Positions 61,063 to 64,000 of a DNA stretch of 64,000 nucleotides are shown piece by piece. The notes beneath the pieces were generated by a model. That model did no database searches. It worked only from the letters and a program-made list of their open reading frames with translations, and was not told the DNA's origin. Location of the stretch: sequence record PP777464.1; one strand, given 5' to 3'. Made by a program: the position numbers and the translations under genes. Numbering within the stretch: the stretch's first letter is position 1; the number at the start of each line of letters is the position of its first letter. Origin of the DNA: Escherichia phage fEgEco12.

Positions 61063-61271
61063 ACACTATGAACATTGAACAGTACTACATCGATGCACTA
61101 CCAACAAAAGGTCTACGAGAAAGCCTACTGTATACACAAAATAATTATATAAACTTCAAACATTGTCCTAAACTCTTGAACTCGTACAGGAATAATAAAA
61201 TAAGAAATGCTGTACAAGGGGTAGAAAGTATGCAATACTATTACATCCTAACCCTTTTAATCGAGCACTAA
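61059..61271 (+). CDS. small protein, same family
   Basis: MNTMNIEQYYIDALP ... YYYILTLLIEH. Confidence 0.5.
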   Translation: MNTMNIEQYYIDALPTKGLRESLLYTQNNYINFKHCPKLLNSYRNNKIRNAVQGVESMQYYYILTLLIEH

Positions 61272-61272
61272 T

Positions 61273-61458
61273 ATGTATAAAGAATTCTACTGTAGTAAGC
61301 TGCACAAACAATACAGAGATTCATTTCCCAATGAACCTATGGATATGAATAGTCCCTTTTATAAATTTGACTTCAGACTGGAGACACGTTATGCAATAGA
61401 ACATCAATTTCCTGAAACTAAGTACTTATCTATCATGAACCTCATCTTTAAGTTCTAA
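61273..61458 (+). CDS. small protein, MYKEFY subfamily
   Basis: 61 aa. Confidence 0.45.
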   Translation: MYKEFYCSKLHKQYRDSFPNEPMDMNSPFYKFDFRLETRYAIEHQFPETKYLSIMNLIFKF

Positions 61459-61469
61459 AAGAGTACTAT

Positions 61470-61682
61470 ATGAAAACTATGAACATACACCAGTACTACT
61501 TAGATATTCTCCCTAAAGATGTACAGTTCATCCTTAAACAAGAATACAGTACTTTAAAAAACCTTAAAAGAACCGCACCGAATGTATTAATCCTGCACCA
61601 AGAAAATGTAGTTGATAATATTCTACAAGGTGTACCAGGGACCGAGTACTTTAACATAATAAGGCTAATTACATTACCATGA
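61470..61682 (+). CDS. small protein, same family
   Basis: MKTMNIHQYYLDILP ... FNIIRLITLP. Confidence 0.5.
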   Translation: MKTMNIHQYYLDILPKDVQFILKQEYSTLKNLKRTAPNVLILHQENVVDNILQGVPGTEYFNIIRLITLP

Positions 61683-61864
61683 ATCATATATTATACTATT
61701 ACCTAAATCTATCCGACAGGGACAAGTACACCCACAACTCCAATGTATGGTACTACAAACGCGGTAGTATAAGAGACAAACAACATTACTTCTGTATTGC
61801 TATAAAAGAAGCACTAACAACTAAGTACACGTACAGAGCAGTACTGAAACTTATTGATATGTAA
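61679..61864 (+). CDS. small protein, same family
   Basis: ends YTYRAVLKLIDM. Confidence 0.5.
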   Translation: MNHILYYYLNLSDRDKYTHNSNVWYYKRGSIRDKQHYFCIAIKEALTTKYTYRAVLKLIDM

Positions 61865-61874
61865 AGAGAATACT

Positions 61875-62057
61875 ATGAGCATTGAATTGTACTTAAGTAA
61901 ATTACAGCCTGGCGATAGATTCATCTACAATAAGTTCGAATTCAACTACAAGAACGGGAGCAACAAATATCGTCGAGGATACCTATATACAAGCACAAGA
62001 GATGCACAAAACGAAAAGTACACATACAGAGAAGTACTTAAACTAATCTCTATTTGA
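61875..62057 (+). CDS. small protein, same family
   Basis: internal ATG; ends EKYTYREVLKLISI. Confidence 0.5.
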   Translation: MSIELYLSKLQPGDRFIYNKFEFNYKNGSNKYRRGYLYTSTRDAQNEKYTYREVLKLISI

Positions 62058-62065
62058 GGTAATAT

Positions 62066-62251
62066 ATGAATACATTTGAGTACTATACAAATAAACTATC
62101 TATGCCTGAAAGATCTCATCTCTATGTGTGGAGAAATGCGTATAAAAGCGGCAATAAACTTATACAAAGAAATTCCCTTACAGTGTGTACAAATTTAATT
62201 AAAGCAGAGTACCGCACATATATTGAAGTACTCAAACTGATAGCAATATAA
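62066..62251 (+). CDS. small protein, same family
   Basis: MNTFEYYTNKL ... YIEVLKLIAI. Confidence 0.5.
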   Translation: MNTFEYYTNKLSMPERSHLYVWRNAYKSGNKLIQRNSLTVCTNLIKAEYRTYIEVLKLIAI

Positions 62252-62259
62252 GGTACTCT

Positions 62260-62439
62260 ATGCAAGAATTCTATATCTATAACCTCCAGCACAAAGATAG
62301 ATACAACTATAATAAATTCCAAAGGTACTACACAGTCGGGAACAAAAGAGATAAAAAACGATACCTACTATCATGTACAGTAGAAGCACAAAACGAAAAG
62401 TACACGTACAGAGAAGTACTTAAACTAATCTTAATCTAA
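62260..62439 (+). CDS. small protein, same family
   Basis: 59-aa ORF hand-translated; ends EKYTYREVLKLILI. Confidence 0.45.
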   Translation: MQEFYIYNLQHKDRYNYNKFQRYYTVGNKRDKKRYLLSCTVEAQNEKYTYREVLKLILI

Positions 62440-62446
62440 GGTAGAC

Positions 62447-62635
62447 ATGAACACTTTTGAGTACTACTTCAATAAACTAAACCACATAGAACAAAGTATG
62501 CACAACTCATTTATTCAGCACCATCAATCATCTGCACATGGAATTAAAAATATATCGATTGAGATTATCACTACCCGTGTACTGTCATCTGAACGTTATA
62601 TGTATATTGATGTACTGAAACTCATCTCTATGTAA
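62447..62635 (+). CDS. small protein, same family
   Basis: MNTFEYYFNKL ... YIDVLKLISM. Confidence 0.5.
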   Translation: MNTFEYYFNKLNHIEQSMHNSFIQHHQSSAHGIKNISIEIITTRVLSSERYMYIDVLKLISM

Positions 62636-62643
62636 GGAATAAT

Positions 62644-62823
62644 ATGCAAGAATACTATATAGAACACATAAGCATTAAAGACCGTTTCATGTACGACACC
62701 TTCGTGAAGTACTACAACCTGGCAACTAATAGTACTAAAAATATTAATCTCAATAGCTGCATTCATCACGCACTAACAAAAGATAATCCCTTCAGGGAAA
62801 TCCTCGCTCTCGCATCTGTATAA
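62644..62823 (+). CDS. small protein, same family
   Basis: 59-aa ORF hand-translated; MQEYYIEHIS ... FREILALASV. Confidence 0.45.
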   Translation: MQEYYIEHISIKDRFMYDTFVKYYNLATNSTKNINLNSCIHHALTKDNPFREILALASV

Positions 62824-62833
62824 AGGAAACCAA

Positions 62834-63493
62834 ATGAAACTTAATGCACACAGCAAACAATACCTTAAGCACTTTAAATACCTCAACAGTATTCAAGCAG
62901 AATCTTTTACACCAGCATATACTTACGACCCGTGTGTACTAAAGAAACGAAATAAAAAGAAAAAATCCAGAAATGTTCTCGTATCTAAGAACCTCAAATC
63001 GTACTTGAAGAAAAATAATATAGCTCTTGCTTTTATTAATATCTATAATACTGATTTAAAAGTATTGAGTACTAATACCAGCACAAAAGCACTAAAGAAT
63101 GCATCTATCTATATACACATGGATAATATCCCGTGCACTATAATTCTATCTTTCGGGAATGTATACTTCTTCGGGAATTGTAATAGCACCCATGATATCA
63201 GTACTGCACAATTCCAAATCGGCGATATGTACTGCATGGGTTCAGAAAAAATACACGATAACATGCACTTCTTCCAAAAGCAACGTACTAACGAAACTGA
63301 TACAGTACTGCAATTCCTCAAAGAACTAGAACACAAAGAATTATCCGAGGAAGAAGAATTCATGTACAGTACTGTAATCGATAATCCAGGACTCTATAAA
63401 AACGCGTACAAACTAACAAAACATGTACAGGAACTTATCAGTACTGATAAGAAATTTCATCACCTCATTACGTATATTTCAAACTATGTATAA
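62834..63493 (+). CDS. hypothetical protein
   Basis: 219-aa ORF. Confidence 0.55.
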   Translation: MKLNAHSKQYLKHFKYLNSIQAESFTPAYTYDPCVLKKRNKKKKSRNVLVSKNLKSYLKKNNIALAFINIYNTDLKVLSTNTSTKALKNASIYIHMDNIPCTIILSFGNVYFFGNCNSTHDISTAQFQIGDMYCMGSEKIHDNMHFFQKQRTNETDTVLQFLKELEHKELSEEEEFMYSTVIDNPGLYKNAYKLTKHVQELISTDKKFHHLITYISNYV

Positions 63494-63659
63494 AGAATTC
63501 TACCTCTCGTACCTTAATTCCGATATAGTAACATCCAATACATTCAGTACTAAAATTATCTATAATGAAGTAATGAAAGAATGTATTAAAGGTGCTATTA
63601 ACCCTAAAGATACGTATGACTTGTACTATGCAGTACTAACCCTTGTTTTCACGAAATAA
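63486..63659 (+). CDS. small protein, MYKEFY subfamily
   Basis: internal ATG; ends YYAVLTLVFTK. Confidence 0.4.
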   Translation: MYKEFYLSYLNSDIVTSNTFSTKIIYNEVMKECIKGAINPKDTYDLYYAVLTLVFTK

Positions 63660-63667
63660 CACATAAT

Positions 63668-63859
63668 ATGAATAACCACAAAGAATACTACATAGAGAAA
63701 CTCCCAATGTATCTCCAACACCTTCTACCAACAGAACCATTGGGTATAGAAAAAAACTACGAAAAAGACTACTTCATTCAGTGCACTAAATCCTCGATAT
63801 ATATTGAAGACTATAATCGAGTACTGTATCACATCCTTTTACTAATATATAGGTACTAA
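63668..63859 (+). CDS. small protein, same family
   Basis: MNNHKEYYIEKLP ... HILLLIYRY. Confidence 0.45.
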   Translation: MNNHKEYYIEKLPMYLQHLLPTEPLGIEKNYEKDYFIQCTKSSIYIEDYNRVLYHILLLIYRY

Positions 63860-63860
63860 T

Positions 63861-64000
63861 ATGCACAAAGAATACTACACACAATTTCTCCCCAGTATAT
63901 TTGAACACTACGCCAGATATAAAGTCCCCCTGGATAACGATTTGGCAGTACTGGGATTCAATAATTGCATAGAACGCAGTATAGAAAATAGTAGTAGCTA
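63861..64000 (+). CDS. small protein, same family (3' partial, runs off window)
   Basis: MHKEYYTQFLP... Confidence 0.4.
   Translation, partial: MHKEYYTQFLPSIFEHYARYKVPLDNDLAVLGFNNCIERSIENSSS

Overview
The whole window looks like part of a large, AT-rich (about 35% GC by eye) virulent phage genome with T4-like features; no obvious host genes. It is densely packed with small ORFs, mostly on the + strand, often with ATGA-type stop/start overlaps. Recognisable content: a T4 endonuclease V (DenV) homolog, a sigma-70-family protein, two HNH endonucleases, a P-loop NTPase, a short protein-kinase-like ORF, six tRNAs plus one atypical tRNA-like element, sigma-70-type early promoters (TTGACW-N16-18-TATAAT, often with an extended -10 TG) and UUCG-tetraloop terminators fused to promoters. 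The standout is an 18.4-kb minus-strand array (42398-60750) of 15 cassette genes. Each has a near-invariant 5' module (promoter-like AT-rich box, GGAGG RBS, 12-aa N-terminal peptide MLPF[AV]RM[VF][KD]YGN) fused to a divergent body, which is an RCC1-like beta-propeller in 14 cases and a glycine-rich domain in one. Most cassettes are separated by a GCCAGTAC...GTACTGGC hairpin. Converging on this array is a family of 10 small three-TM membrane proteins, and diverging from its 5' end is an array of at least 13 small (about 60-70 aa) paralogous ORFs. The hexamer AGTACT appears roughly ten-fold over-represented. All calls are from reading the sequence and ORF track by eye; no searches or folding programs were run.
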